In this document: positions 1 through 10,277 of the stretch, piece after piece
Numbering within the stretch: the first letter of the stretch is position 1
How the letters are laid out: every line of letters begins with the position of its first letter
Assembly: GCA_964423645.1 (NCBI GenBank)
Contig: CAYRFE010000004.1
Coordinates: 27,227 to 91,226, forward strand
Length of the DNA stretch: 64,000 nucleotides
Source: an uncultured bacterium
GTDB lineage: Bacteria; Macinerneyibacteriota; Macinerneyibacteria; Macinerneyibacteriales; CAYRFE01
Reading direction: 5' to 3'
Made by a program: the position numbers and the translations under genes
Notes under the pieces: model-generated
The model's database searches: none
Told to the model about the DNA's origin: nothing
The model's input: the letters and a program-made list of their open reading frames with translations, nothing else

Positions 1-1285
1 ATATACGATCTTTTTCAAAAGTCAGTTTATGAAGTTTATTAATCGAGTAAAATACGTACGCATTATTCTGATAGATATAAAAAGAGTTACTTGAAAATTC
101 AGGAAGATCGTTATTTTCAAGACGAATGGTATCCCATTGAAAATTAGAGAATTGCAAAACATTGACAACCCTGTCAGTCGAGGTCGGATCGAAAAATATC
201 CATCTTTGAAATGTGGCATCCCAATAAACAAATGAATTTTTGGAAATTTGTGAAGGAGTACCCAATAATGACTGTTTTACCCATTTTTTCTTGTCAACCT
301 TATACAACTCATTAAGATCCGTAAAGATATAAAAAAATGTCCCGTTTGTAAATACATGTCTCCAGTCAACAGGCTGATCGAAAAGCTGATCAATAGATGT
401 TGAATACTGTACGGTTACCGCTTGATCTTCAGAAGAAGACTGCTGACCAAGTTGAAACCCTTTGAGCTTTAAAATACAATATTTCGCTACGGAAAAGCGT
501 TCTTCAATAATGCATGCATCTAAAACCTTTTCAATGACAGCCACTTTTCGATTCAGATCTATTTTCATACCAGAATTCAAAAAATCATCAATGTCTGCTA
601 TTGTTACTCCGCTTTTAAACACAATATCATAGGGCTTATATGATTCCGAATTTTTAAAATAAGTGTCCCAAATTGAGCGATCGAATGAATCGAAAAATAT
701 ATTTTCTGCGATGCTCATTCGCTGAAGAACATTCTCGATACGGGCCATTTGACTCAGCATTTCATTCGTTTGTCCGCTCAGGCGATAATAATATACCCAA
801 TATTCCATACCGGGCAATGTATCAGAAGCATATGTTGAAACAAATTCTTTAAGCTCTTTTTCATATCGAAGAGAAAACAATACTCGTACATACAAGTCGG
901 TGTTTTCTTGCGAGGGATCCGCCTCGACTTGCGCTTTCACATATTCATATGCTTTTGCAAACTGTTGTTGAATAAGATAAATTTCAATAATTTTTTTCCG
1001 GGCATCATGTCGAATACTGCTTTGGGGGAATTCGGTATGTAATCGCTCAAAATAATACAGCGCTTCGTTGAATTTGCTCTGTTCAAAACTTATTAACCCA
1101 TGGAGATATAATACATCATCATGGAGCCAGTTTTGTGATTTTTTGGAAAGAATGCTGTCACACTTTTTACGGGCTACCTCATATTGCTTCTTCTCATATG
1201 CGCGACGTGCATTATAGAACGTATTATAGTATCCGCATCCTGCAAAAAACAGTATACACCATGCGACAATCATCCAATTTTTCAT
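1..1285 (-). CDS. Hypothetical TPR-like lipoprotein, partial (3' end beyond window start)
   Basis: My translation of the minus strand from the ATG at 1285 gives about 428 codons with no stop to position 1. N-terminus is [20 protein letters not shown] (lipobox FAGC). This ORF is missing from the ORF track because it runs off the window edge. It lies 3 nt downstream of the metK stop, so it is probably co-transcribed. Confidence 0.5.
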   Translation of the reverse strand, partial: MKNWMIVAWCILFFAGCGYYNTFYNARRAYEKKQYEVARKKCDSILSKKSQNWLHDDVLYLHGLISFEQSKFNEALYYFERLHTEFPQSSIRHDARKKIIEIYLIQQQFAKAYEYVKAQVEADPSQENTDLYVRVLFSLRYEKELKEFVSTYASDTLPGMEYWVYYYRLSGQTNEMLSQMARIENVLQRMSIAENIFFDSFDRSIWDTYFKNSESYKPYDIVFKSGVTIADIDDFLNSGMKIDLNRKVAVIEKVLDACIIEERFSVAKYCILKLKGFQLGQQSSSEDQAVTVQYSTSIDQLFDQPVDWRHVFTNGTFFYIFTDLNELYKVDKKKWVKQSLLGTPSQISKNSFVYWDATFQRWIFFDPTSTDRVVNVLQFSNFQWDTIRLENNDLPEFSSNSFYIYQNNAYVFYSINKLHKLTFEKDRI

Positions 1286-2460
1286 AAATTTTTTATAATC
1301 TCCTGAATTAAATCCGTTTTTTCCCAACTAAAATCAGGTTCATTCCTACCGAAATGACCATATGCCGCGGTTTTTTTATAGATCGGTCGTTTGAGATCGA
1401 GACGCTCGATGATTGCTGCCGGTCGAAAATCAAAAGCTTTTTGTATTGCGGCAGTCACTTTTTCATCCGAATATTTACCGGTGCCGAATTGATCGACCAT
1501 GAGGGATACCGGATGTGCAACTCCGATGGCATATGCCACTTGAATCTCGACCATCTTTGCTAATCCTGCGGCTACAATATTCTTAGCCACATAGCGTGCG
1601 GCGTACGCTGCCGAACGGTCCACTTTTGAAGGATCTTTACCCGAAAAACACCCGCCGCCATGGGGAGCCATCCCGCCGTATGTATCGACGATAATTTTTC
1701 TTCCCGTAAGACCTGTATCAGCTTTGGGTCCCCCTTCAACAAACAACCCCGTCGGATTTACTAAAAATTTAACGTCATCATATGTAACATGGTGCGTGTC
1801 AAATTCTTCTTTCAAAACCGGCATGATGACATAATCGATAATACCTTTACGCAAATCATCATACGATATGTCGGGACAATGCTGTGATGAGACCACGACC
1901 GTGTCAATTCGTTCTGCTTTATAACCGTTATAATCTACCGTGACTTGTGTCTTTCCATCAGGACGAAGCCAAGGTAATGTTTTATTTTTTCGAACCTCGG
2001 CAAGTTTTTGTGCCAACTGGTGGGCAATATAGATCGGTATTGGCATCAATGCAGGGGTTTCATCATCGGCATACCCGAACATGAGCCCTTGATCGCCGGC
2101 ACCTTGCTCAAGTCGTGATTCACGGTTTACTCCCATAGCAATGTCCGGTGATTGCTCGTCGATTGATGTCAAAACAGCCGACGTATTATAATCAAACCCA
2201 TAGATTGCATCAGTATAACCAATTCGTTTGATCGTCTCACGTACGGTCTTAGGAATATCAACATAAGCTTCCGTGGTAATTTCACCTGACACCATGGTCA
2301 AACCGGTGGTGACTAACGTCTCACACGCAACATGTGCTTCCGCATCTTGCATTAAAATAGCATCCAAAATAGAATCAGATATCTGATCAGCTACTTTATC
2401 CGGATGCCCTTCAGTGACCGATTCAGACGTGAATAAATACGTACCTTGCGATTTTTTCAT
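1282..2460 (-). CDS. metK: S-adenosylmethionine synthetase
   Basis: [19 protein letters not shown] and further MetK signature blocks. I set the start at the ATG at 2460 ([10 protein letters not shown]), which has a GGAGGA RBS 6 nt upstream. The ORF-track N-terminal extension looks like an artifact. Confidence 0.95.
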   Translation of the reverse strand: MKKSQGTYLFTSESVTEGHPDKVADQISDSILDAILMQDAEAHVACETLVTTGLTMVSGEITTEAYVDIPKTVRETIKRIGYTDAIYGFDYNTSAVLTSIDEQSPDIAMGVNRESRLEQGAGDQGLMFGYADDETPALMPIPIYIAHQLAQKLAEVRKNKTLPWLRPDGKTQVTVDYNGYKAERIDTVVVSSQHCPDISYDDLRKGIIDYVIMPVLKEEFDTHHVTYDDVKFLVNPTGLFVEGGPKADTGLTGRKIIVDTYGGMAPHGGGCFSGKDPSKVDRSAAYAARYVAKNIVAAGLAKMVEIQVAYAIGVAHPVSLMVDQFGTGKYSDEKVTAAIQKAFDFRPAAIIERLDLKRPIYKKTAAYGHFGRNEPDFSWEKTDLIQEIIKNL

Positions 2461-2473
2461 ATATCCTCCGTTA

Positions 2474-3457
2474 TCAATGTGTATATTCGCTATGAGCCCC
2501 AATATTAATATTTTTTTTAACGCCACTCACAACTGCATATTCTCCAATGATGCAATCCTCAGCGACCGAATCACGTACCAGGGCATGTTCATAAATAATA
2601 CTGTTCGAAATGACCGTACCCGTTATCGTCACATTATCCGCTACACCCACATACGGGCCGACAACAGATCGCGACAAAGATATATTCTTGCCCATGACAA
2701 CCGGCTCAATAACAAGAGAATCACCGATTATATGCACACCCTTCTCGCCCTGAGTTGACAACAAAAATCGATTTGTCGCAAGCAAAGTTTCAAATGTGCC
2801 ACAATCAAACCAATTCTCAACCTTATGTACCGTCATTTTTTCACCGATTTCAACGCACCGATTGAGAGCGTCAGTTATTTGATACTCTCCTTTTGTAGTT
2901 ATATTATTGTCGATTATATAATGAATCGCTTCAAAAAGACGTGCGCAACTTTTAATATAATACACTCCTATTAACGCAAGATCGGTAGGTGGGTTTTGTG
3001 GTTTCTCAATTAAGCGAGTAATGAATTCCCCCTTCATTTCAACCACTCCGAATCTGCGCGGATCGTCAACGGATTTTACGCCGAGGGATGATGTCGGTTG
3101 TGACGTGAACGCACGGGCATCGATATCAACTAACGTATCACCTAAAAGGATGAAGAGTTCAGTATCGACTGAAATATACTTTTCTGCCATCAATACCGCA
3201 TGTCCCAGGCCAAGCATCTCTTTTTGTTCAATGAATGTAATGTGTACGCCGGGATATGATTTTTTGACCCACTCGATAAGAACTTCTTTTTTATATCCGA
3301 CTATGATGAATATTTCTTCGGGAGCACTGGTTAATACCGTATCGATTATATGCCCGATTATCGGTTTCCCCGCTACCTCCAGCATAGCTTTCGGGCGTGT
3401 GTGCGTGTGTGGACGAAGGCGTGTTCCGATGCCTGCTGCGGGAATTATAACTTTCAT
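2474..3457 (-). CDS. Sugar-phosphate nucleotidyltransferase with C-terminal left-handed beta-helix (RmlA/GlmU/GCD1-like)
   Basis: N-terminal [16 protein letters not shown]...KPIIGHIID is the NTP_transferase G-x-G-T-R motif. C-terminal hexapeptide repeats (IGxxxxIGxxAxV). Only 13 nt separate it from metK. Confidence 0.8.
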   Translation of the reverse strand: MKVIIPAAGIGTRLRPHTHTRPKAMLEVAGKPIIGHIIDTVLTSAPEEIFIIVGYKKEVLIEWVKKSYPGVHITFIEQKEMLGLGHAVLMAEKYISVDTELFILLGDTLVDIDARAFTSQPTSSLGVKSVDDPRRFGVVEMKGEFITRLIEKPQNPPTDLALIGVYYIKSCARLFEAIHYIIDNNITTKGEYQITDALNRCVEIGEKMTVHKVENWFDCGTFETLLATNRFLLSTQGEKGVHIIGDSLVIEPVVMGKNISLSRSVVGPYVGVADNVTITGTVISNSIIYEHALVRDSVAEDCIIGEYAVVSGVKKNINIGAHSEYTH

Positions 3458-3480
3458 AAAAAAACCTCCCGTTGTGAACC

Positions 3481-4362
3481 CTACACAAGAATTTTAACCG
3501 ACTGGGGACAGATCTCAATATCCACACGACGTTTTTCCTTGACCGTTAAATCACCATCGACTTGCCCGCGTGATTCTTTCGTAATTAAACTTACGCGTGG
3601 TACTTGATAATATTCAACATCAGCAGTATTGATATGGTTCCCGCGAAGAACGTCAAGTGCATAAGAAATTGATTTTAAAACACCTTTTTCTTTAAAGATG
3701 CATACATCAAGCAACCCGTCATCCATTTTCGCAAGCGGGGTCATACTGTATTTGCCGCCATAAAATGCCGCATTTCCAACGACAACAAAATAGCCGACAC
3801 GATGAGGTGTGCCGTCACGAAAATCGATATAGATCGGTTCCGGTTTATAGGTAAATAAAGTGGAAAATCCTGCAAGTACATAGGCGTACCGCCCGATTAT
3901 TTTCTTTAATGCGGTATCAACTTTACTGATCGTATGTGCATCAAAGCCGTAACTGACCATCAGTCCGAAATAGACATCACCGAATTTTCCGACATCATAT
4001 GCCTTTGGACGAGCAAATGTAGTAAGATAATATGCCGCTTCAAACGGATTCATGGGAATATCAAGTTCAGCGGCGAGAACGTTTGAGGTTCCGACAGGTA
4101 TAATACCGATTGGAATATCAGTGTGAATTAATTCATTAATGGCAAGATTAACGGTACCGTCACCGCCGCACGTAAACACCATATCACAATGCTCTTTTGC
4201 CTCATGCAATGCTTTCAAGATTTCATCTTTTTTACGTACGAGACTGAGGTCGACCGCATACCCGTTACTGGCAATAATATACATCACTTTCGGGAGATAC
4301 TCCTCGAGAATTCGTTGCCCTGAGTCGGGATTTGCAATGAGCTTTATCAGCTTTTTTTTCAT
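3481..4362 (-). CDS. Diacylglycerol-kinase catalytic-domain lipid kinase (YegS/DgkB/sphingosine-ceramide kinase superfamily)
   Basis: CGGDGTVNLAINEL and GTSNVLA motifs match DAGK_cat. About 290 aa, typical for the family. Confidence 0.8.
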   Translation of the reverse strand: MKKKLIKLIANPDSGQRILEEYLPKVMYIIASNGYAVDLSLVRKKDEILKALHEAKEHCDMVFTCGGDGTVNLAINELIHTDIPIGIIPVGTSNVLAAELDIPMNPFEAAYYLTTFARPKAYDVGKFGDVYFGLMVSYGFDAHTISKVDTALKKIIGRYAYVLAGFSTLFTYKPEPIYIDFRDGTPHRVGYFVVVGNAAFYGGKYSMTPLAKMDDGLLDVCIFKEKGVLKSISYALDVLRGNHINTADVEYYQVPRVSLITKESRGQVDGDLTVKEKRRVDIEICPQSVKILV

Positions 4363-4365
4363 GGC

Positions 4366-5586
4366 TTAAATAAGCCCGATCGTTTTCCCCGCTTTGATTA
4401 TTTTTCCCAACGCAAGCTCAAGTTGAGGACGGGTGTGCGTTGCCATATAACTTGTGCGGATAAGTCCTTGACCCTTTGGCACTGCAGGAGAAACCGTCGG
4501 ATTGACAAATATATTATCATCTTGAAGAATTTTCCACATTTTAAACGTATCAATATCATCGCCGACAATTATCGGTATAATCGGAGTCTCCGCGTGTCCG
4601 ACATTGAATCCGGCCTTTTTCAAACCGTTCAGCATAAAATTGGTATTGTCCCATAATTTGGTAATCAATTCCGGTTCGCGTTCCATAACATCAAGCGCAC
4701 CCATTACAGAACCGGCAGAACCCGGAGGCAACGACGCGCTGAAGATCAACGAACGTGCTTTATGTTTCACAAAATCGATTATTCTCGCATCTCCCGCAAC
4801 AAAACCACCGACTGAAGCCAATGATTTTGAGAATGTGCCGATGACCAAATCGACCTCATTCGCCAGATTAAAATGCTTTGCGGTTCCTCCCCCGTCTTTG
4901 CCCAATACACCCAAAGAATGTGCATCATCGACGATCACACGTGCTCCGTATTTTTTTGCAAGACTTACTATTTCAGGAAGCTTGGCAATATCGCCGTCCA
5001 TCGAGAATATACCGTCGGTAATGATAACCTTCGGATCATCTTTATGTGTTTTTAATACTTTTTCCAGATGATTCATATCTGCATGATTGTAGCGAACCAT
5101 TTTCCCGTACGACATACGTATACCGTCTAAAATACTCGCATGATCAAGTTTGTCGGTGATAACAACGTCTTCTTTTTGACTGGCTATGGCAGAAATGCCC
5201 CCAAGATTCGCCTGATACCCTGTTGCGAACACAAGAGCAGCTTCTTTTCCCGCTAATTTTGCCAAACGTGCCTCAAGCTCTATATGGATATCAAGTGTAC
5301 CATTTAGAAAACGAGAACCGGCACATCCTGTACCGTACTTTTCGATCGCGTCCTGAGCAGCTTTTTTCACATACGGGTGATTGGTCAAACCCAAATAGCT
5401 GTTGGAACCCAACATCAGCACCCGTTTCCCGTTCATGGTGACCTCTGAATCCTGGTCGGACTCAATAATTCTAAAGTAAGGATAAAATCCCGATGCTCGC
5501 GCACGGTCTGCTTCGTTCTCAATATATGCTTTTTCAAAAATATCCATGTCTGTTTCCCCCTCTATCGTTTTATTGTGCTCATTCAT
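4366..5586 (-). CDS. Alpha-oxoamine synthase, serine palmitoyltransferase-like (class II aminotransferase; Kbl/BioF family)
   Basis: PLP-lysine block GTFSKSLASVGGFVAG, FSASLPP, FATGYQANLG and GTGCAGSRFLNGT. By recall these blocks are closer to bacterial SPT than to E. coli Kbl (GTLGKALGG) or BioF. Confidence 0.75.
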   Translation of the reverse strand: MNEHNKTIEGETDMDIFEKAYIENEADRARASGFYPYFRIIESDQDSEVTMNGKRVLMLGSNSYLGLTNHPYVKKAAQDAIEKYGTGCAGSRFLNGTLDIHIELEARLAKLAGKEAALVFATGYQANLGGISAIASQKEDVVITDKLDHASILDGIRMSYGKMVRYNHADMNHLEKVLKTHKDDPKVIITDGIFSMDGDIAKLPEIVSLAKKYGARVIVDDAHSLGVLGKDGGGTAKHFNLANEVDLVIGTFSKSLASVGGFVAGDARIIDFVKHKARSLIFSASLPPGSAGSVMGALDVMEREPELITKLWDNTNFMLNGLKKAGFNVGHAETPIIPIIVGDDIDTFKMWKILQDDNIFVNPTVSPAVPKGQGLIRTSYMATHTRPQLELALGKIIKAGKTIGLI

Positions 5587-5713
5587 TGTATAAGGTTTTT
5601 ATAAAAGTGCAAGTATTTTTATCATGCTTATATCGTTTGTTTTTAATCACATGGACTTTCATTTTTGCTTTTTCACCTACAAACCGATTATCCCCGCATC
5701 TCTTAGTTTTTAG

Positions 5714-5743
5714 GAATAAAAAATCCCCGAAATCTACTCGGGG
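5714..5743 (-). terminator. Rho-independent terminator after the TolC-like gene
   Basis: Hairpin ccccga-aatctac-tcgggg at 5725-5743 with an A-run at 5717-5723 (a T-run on the minus strand). Confidence 0.5.
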
Positions 5744-5778
5744 ATCGAAAGGCAAACACATTGCTCGTCAACCGCTCT

Positions 5779-7119
5779 TTATAACTCTACGTCCATTCCG
5801 ACCGTTTTCAACAAATTATACCAACTCAGATAATAGGCATATTTTGCATTAAGATAATCAACACGTGCTTGTGCATGCTCACGCAAAGCCTCGATTGATG
5901 CCGCATCATCGCTCATACCGAGATCATATTGTTTTAACAAGCGGTCTCGCTTGCTTTCTTTGAGATTCATATCGGTCGTTTTATATTCGAAATAATTCTT
6001 TGATTCGATAAATGAAAAATATTTATCTTTTACGATTCGCTCCAGTGCAAGTGATTTATTGGCAGTCTTGTCGATCTCATATAAATACGCGATCTTGCTT
6101 GATAACACTCCCGGAGTGGTAAGGTCCCCTGTCAACAAAGAACCCGTTACCGTATATCCTTTGCCGGCATCTTCATCACTCGGACGCTCCTGAATCCCGT
6201 AATATGATGCACTTGCCGATGAATAGAGCCATCCTGACAGACTCAGGGAAAAACCGTACTCAAAATCATCATCATTCATATCAGAAAAACTTTCACCTGC
6301 ATAATTATACTTCACATATACGCTTAATTTCGGCCATTTCGCCAATTTATCTGCCCAATAACCATATTTTGCCGCACGATATGTATTCACTTGATTTTTG
6401 TATTCATAACTATTGTCTTTTGCATAGGCCAGATACTCGTCGATACTTTTCGGGGTTGTCTCTGAAAAATTAAAATCCTCCAAGACATTAAAATCTTTCT
6501 TCAGGTAATTCCGGAATGATAATCGCTCGATCTCATAATCATTTTTTGCTTTTGCAGTATTATATTCGGCCAATTTGTAGTATGACTCGTTCTCTAACAA
6601 GCCCTCACGACTTATCCGCCCAAGTTCAAAAAGTTTTTGTGCTTTTTCCCATTGCTTCTGCGCACTTTGAAGCTCATACTCCCAAACATTAATCATTTCT
6701 TGTTTTTTCAATACCGCAAAATATCTACTGATGGTATCAATTACGACATTTTTTTCGGTTTCAGAGAATTTCTGTCGTGCGGCACGCCATGAATAATAAC
6801 CGGAAAGATAATCAAACACTTCACGCCCGTTATAGAAAACCGGCTGTGACAATGTCAATGAACGGGAATATGATTCACTCATAACACCGCTCATATCTTC
6901 AGCTTCAAGATATTTATAACTGAGCGTCGCATCGGGAAGCATTCCCAATAAACCGTTGTTATGTTGAATAAACGCGATCTTCTCCCGATATTTCTCGACC
7001 TTATATTCGGTATTTGTCTCCAAAGAGATATCGATCGCTTCTTTTAGTGTAAGTGCGTGCGAAGTTGTAAAAAGAATCATAGCGGTTATTACAAATAAAA
7101 AACCGGATCGTTTCATCAT
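5779..7119 (-). CDS. TolC-like outer membrane efflux protein (OEP family)
   Basis: Signal peptide followed by LTLKEAIDISLETN, a typical OEP start. About 445 aa with a duplicated coiled-coil/beta architecture. No adjacent pump genes. Confidence 0.65.
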   Translation of the reverse strand: MMKRSGFLFVITAMILFTTSHALTLKEAIDISLETNTEYKVEKYREKIAFIQHNNGLLGMLPDATLSYKYLEAEDMSGVMSESYSRSLTLSQPVFYNGREVFDYLSGYYSWRAARQKFSETEKNVVIDTISRYFAVLKKQEMINVWEYELQSAQKQWEKAQKLFELGRISREGLLENESYYKLAEYNTAKAKNDYEIERLSFRNYLKKDFNVLEDFNFSETTPKSIDEYLAYAKDNSYEYKNQVNTYRAAKYGYWADKLAKWPKLSVYVKYNYAGESFSDMNDDDFEYGFSLSLSGWLYSSASASYYGIQERPSDEDAGKGYTVTGSLLTGDLTTPGVLSSKIAYLYEIDKTANKSLALERIVKDKYFSFIESKNYFEYKTTDMNLKESKRDRLLKQYDLGMSDDAASIEALREHAQARVDYLNAKYAYYLSWYNLLKTVGMDVEL

Positions 7120-7272
7120 ATCACCTTCCGTTATAGTTAATCATACATACGCCCCATATCTCTTTTTGTTGCATATATGACACGAATCATACCGCATTTG
7201 TTTCAGTGAATATATACCTTTTACGCAAAAATAACAACGTACAAACGTACATTTACACTACAAAGCAAGAAT

Positions 7273-7653
7273 CTATTTCTTTCCGACACATGTTTCGCAA
7301 ATACCCGTGAAGTACAATACATGTCGTGTTATTTCAAAATGATAGTGTCGCTCGAGATCTTTTACCGTGTCATGAAGTGTACACGGCCCAAGAGGTATAA
7401 AGGTATGACAGTGACTGCAATGAAAAAAATGAGTGTGCTCGCCATTCAAGGGATAATAATATCGCAATGTGCCTTCTCGTTCACAGTGATAGGTAAATGC
7501 TTCAATAAGTCCGTTCTTTTCAAAATACGCGAGCGCACGATACACGGTGACGCGATCAGACCCGCTGCCGCCGTGTTCAAAAACATCATTCGCGGTCACA
7601 GGTTTATCTGCATCATTAATATAACGAAGTAATATCTTTCGAATACGCGTCAT
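7273..7653 (-). CDS. zur: Fur-family metalloregulator, probably Zur
   Basis: Fur-family size, with HCSHCH and C-x2-C metal site motifs. It is the last gene of the znuACB operon. Confidence 0.75.
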   Translation of the reverse strand: MTRIRKILLRYINDADKPVTANDVFEHGGSGSDRVTVYRALAYFEKNGLIEAFTYHCEREGTLRYYYPLNGEHTHFFHCSHCHTFIPLGPCTLHDTVKDLERHYHFEITRHVLYFTGICETCVGKK

Positions 7654-8450
7654 CGCAACACTCGCCCTGCAATAAAAGCGATCACAAATAAAATGAAATT
7701 GACTGCTACAATTGCCGCCCCGGTCGGGAGATTGAACAGTGCAGAAATTACAATGCCGGAAAACACCGCTACGACCGACACAAATACTGCCGTCATTGCC
7801 GCTTTTTTAAAACTATGTGCGATTTGAAGTGCCGTCACTGCAGGGAAAATAAGCAAACTGGAAATCAATAACGTCCCTACCACACGAATACCGACTACGA
7901 TTGTGCATGCAGCAAGTACTACCAACACTTTCTGCAACAAACCGACGCGTATTCCCGATACACGTGCGAAATCTTCATCGTAGGTAAGTGAAAACAGATC
8001 GTGATAATAATACCATAATACTGCCACTGTGAATATCGATATTCCCGCAGCCCATACCACTTCTGATGTTGTTACGGAGATAATACTCCCAAAAAGATAA
8101 CTGAAAAGATCAACGTTGAACCCGCCCGACAAACTCGCCGCCAGCACTCCGACCGCGATCGCAAGTGTCGACACCATCGCGATAGCCGTATCACCGTAGA
8201 CAACCTTTGCATCCGCCAAGCGATAGATCCACAATGATGCCGCTATCGTAAAAGGAATTGCAAAATATAACGGTGCAACACCCAAAACCATTGCGATACC
8301 GATTGACGCAAATGCCGAATGCGCGAGTCCGTCTCCAAGCATCGAAAAACGTCGCAAAACTAAAAATAGTCCGAGAATCGCGGTGCTTACACCGATAAAC
8401 ATTCCCGCGATCAATGCCCGTTGCATGAATCCATAGGTAAAAATATCCAT
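7650..8450 (-). CDS. znuB: Zinc/manganese ABC transporter permease
   Basis: Polytopic membrane protein of ABC-3 family type. Sits in operon with znuC and znuA. Confidence 0.85.
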   Translation of the reverse strand: MDIFTYGFMQRALIAGMFIGVSTAILGLFLVLRRFSMLGDGLAHSAFASIGIAMVLGVAPLYFAIPFTIAASLWIYRLADAKVVYGDTAIAMVSTLAIAVGVLAASLSGGFNVDLFSYLFGSIISVTTSEVVWAAGISIFTVAVLWYYYHDLFSLTYDEDFARVSGIRVGLLQKVLVVLAACTIVVGIRVVGTLLISSLLIFPAVTALQIAHSFKKAAMTAVFVSVVAVFSGIVISALFNLPTGAAIVAVNFILFVIAFIAGRVLR

Positions 8451-9172
8451 TACACACCTCTCTTACTATGATGCGAATGGTTAAAATAGTGTTCTTTTTG
8501 TTGTGAAAAATAATCCTCCATAGACCCGTAATAAAGTAACGTTCTGTCTAAATACAACACCGAGCGTGCATAATAACGAATAGCCGACACATCATGAGTG
8601 ACCATAATGACGGTAATATGGTGTTCACTGTTGAGAGCGGCTATTGTTTTATAAAAACACTCCCGTGTGTGCGGATCAAGTGCGGCTGTCGGTTCATCCA
8701 ACACCAAAAGAGACGGATTACTGACCAATGCTCGTGCAAGATGCACGCGCTGTTGCTGTCCACCCGACAACAATCCGACGCGTTTATGTGCAAGATCGTG
8801 AATCTCCAGAATATGCAGAATTTCTTCAACCTGCTCCTTATCCGAACTGTCGTAGACGCGACGTTTTTCAAGTCCTGACGCGACCACCTCCCGCACTGAT
8901 GCAGGAAATAACGGATCGACTGACGTTGATTTCTGCGGCAAATACCCGATACAATCAAAACATGTGCCATACTGCTCACTTTCGTTGAAAACGATCGTGC
9001 CTTCAAAAGGCATCAATAATCCGACGATAGTTTTGATAAGCGTGGTCTTTCCCGACCCGTTCGGGCCTGCAACCGCTAAAAAGTCGCCACGCGAAATGAC
9101 ACAATTAATATCATTCAATACCGCCTCAGCGCCGTAGCGGACAGATACATTTCGAACCGTAATATGCGACAT
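8450..9172 (-). CDS. znuC: Zinc ABC transporter ATP-binding protein
   Basis: Walker A GPNGSGKTT, ABC signature LSGGQQQRV, Walker B LLVLDEP. Confidence 0.9.
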   Translation of the reverse strand: MSHITVRNVSVRYGAEAVLNDINCVISRGDFLAVAGPNGSGKTTLIKTIVGLLMPFEGTIVFNESEQYGTCFDCIGYLPQKSTSVDPLFPASVREVVASGLEKRRVYDSSDKEQVEEILHILEIHDLAHKRVGLLSGGQQQRVHLARALVSNPSLLVLDEPTAALDPHTRECFYKTIAALNSEHHITVIMVTHDVSAIRYYARSVLYLDRTLLYYGSMEDYFSQQKEHYFNHSHHSKRGV

Positions 9173-9175
9173 ACA

Positions 9176-10120
9176 TCACCTGAGCGCTTTCAGAAGTTTG
9201 TCAAGATTGGCTTCCATTATCTCGGTGTAATGAACTCCTTTGAGAAATTCATCTTTACTCACATTGTGTACGCCGTGCAATAAAACAAGTGATGCGCCGG
9301 TCTCTTTTTTAATCACTTCAGCGATCCTCGGTTGTGTCAGTTCTTCATAGAAAACAGTTGTTTGTCCGGTTTTTTTCATTAAGGATATCATTTCTTTTAT
9401 AGCGGCCGGTGTCGGTTCTGCATTGGGAGAAAACCCTTTATACGGAGACACATGATCAAGTTTGTATCTCTGTGCAAAATAACCGAATGCAAAATGCCCC
9501 GCGTAAATAACTGTGCGATGACGAAGTGTTGCCAATTCCTTTTCGCACCGAGTATGTAGCTCCATAATATCTGCTTGCACTATCTCCGCATTACGAATAT
9601 ACGTCATCGCATTCTTCGGATCTTTTTGCACGTATGCATTGACAATAGTATCGACCATTTGTGCGGCAAATATCGGATCGAGCCATATATGAGGATCTTT
9701 CGTGTGACTTTTTTCTTCATCATGTTGATCATGCTCGTCAGCATCATCGTGGTGATGGTCGCCGTCACTATCCATCAGATCTATTCCCTTTGAAGTATCA
9801 ACGATGATCGCAGACGATTTCGGTAGAGAGGCACGCACTTTTTCAGCCCACGGTTCCATATATTTTCCGGTATAAATAAAAAGTGATGCATCGGCAATTG
9901 TCTTGATATCCATCGGTGTCGGCTCAAATGAATGTACCTCTACTCCGGGCGGGATTATCATCGTCACGTCTGCTACATCCCCGGCGATAGTCCGTGCAAA
10001 ATCATACAAGACATAGTTGGTAGTGACAATTTTCATGCGTCCTGTGTCTTCTTTTTTTCCTGCACACGCACTGAATAATACCAGAAGCACCGCAATAACA
10101 ATAACACGTATATAATTCAT
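9176..10120 (-). CDS. znuA: Zinc ABC transporter substrate-binding lipoprotein with His/Asp-rich loop
   Basis: Lipoprotein signal LLVLFSAC. His-rich loop DSDGDHHHDDADEHDQHDEEKSH, typical of ZnuA. TroA-like fold. Confidence 0.85.
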   Translation of the reverse strand: MNYIRVIVIAVLLVLFSACAGKKEDTGRMKIVTTNYVLYDFARTIAGDVADVTMIIPPGVEVHSFEPTPMDIKTIADASLFIYTGKYMEPWAEKVRASLPKSSAIIVDTSKGIDLMDSDGDHHHDDADEHDQHDEEKSHTKDPHIWLDPIFAAQMVDTIVNAYVQKDPKNAMTYIRNAEIVQADIMELHTRCEKELATLRHRTVIYAGHFAFGYFAQRYKLDHVSPYKGFSPNAEPTPAAIKEMISLMKKTGQTTVFYEELTQPRIAEVIKKETGASLVLLHGVHNVSKDEFLKGVHYTEIMEANLDKLLKALR

Positions 10121-10142
10121 ATTATTCCTCCTCGTTATAACT

Positions 10143-10171
10143 ATTGTATATGATACGCCTCATTTTTGCAA
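10143..10171 (-). promoter_or_regulatory. Putative sigma70 promoter of the znuACB-zur operon
   Basis: On the minus strand: TTGCAA (10166-10171), 17 nt, TACAAT (10143-10148). This is followed by a GTTATAAC palindrome and then a GGAGGA RBS before the znuA ATG. Confidence 0.35.
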
Positions 10172-10206
10172 GTCTTTTGCATTTTACAGTTCATGTCCTC
10201 ATAACA

Positions 10207-10235
10207 TTGACAACAAAACAACCGTTTGCTATACT
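10207..10235 (+). promoter_or_regulatory. Putative sigma70 promoter for the divergent phosphatase/radical SAM operon
   Basis: TTGACA (10207-10212), 17 nt spacer, TATACT (10230-10235). The ATG at 10278 follows. Confidence 0.35.
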
Positions 10236-10277
10236 CATTATTCAAATCACGGAAACAATAATCCGCAGAAAGGTATC

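Noticed and set aside
22-231. 69-aa minus-strand ORF from the track
   Set aside because: It lies out of frame inside the long edge-truncated lipoprotein ORF (1-1285). I read that ORF by hand and found no stop across about 428 codons.
3021-5071. Plus-strand ORFs (3021-3497, 3350-3607, 4139-4369, 4423-4656, 4604-5071, 4873-5055) antisense to the nucleotidyltransferase, kinase and synthase genes
   Set aside because: They overlap well-supported minus-strand genes with recognisable motifs. They have no RBS and unusual composition (Cys/Arg/Ser rich), typical of antisense frames.
4366-5586. Calling the alpha-oxoamine synthase specifically Kbl or BioF
   Set aside because: The motif set (GTFSKS, FATGYQANLG, FSASLPP) is closer to serine palmitoyltransferase than to E. 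coli Kbl or BioF as I recall them. I kept the family-level call and flagged the ambiguity.
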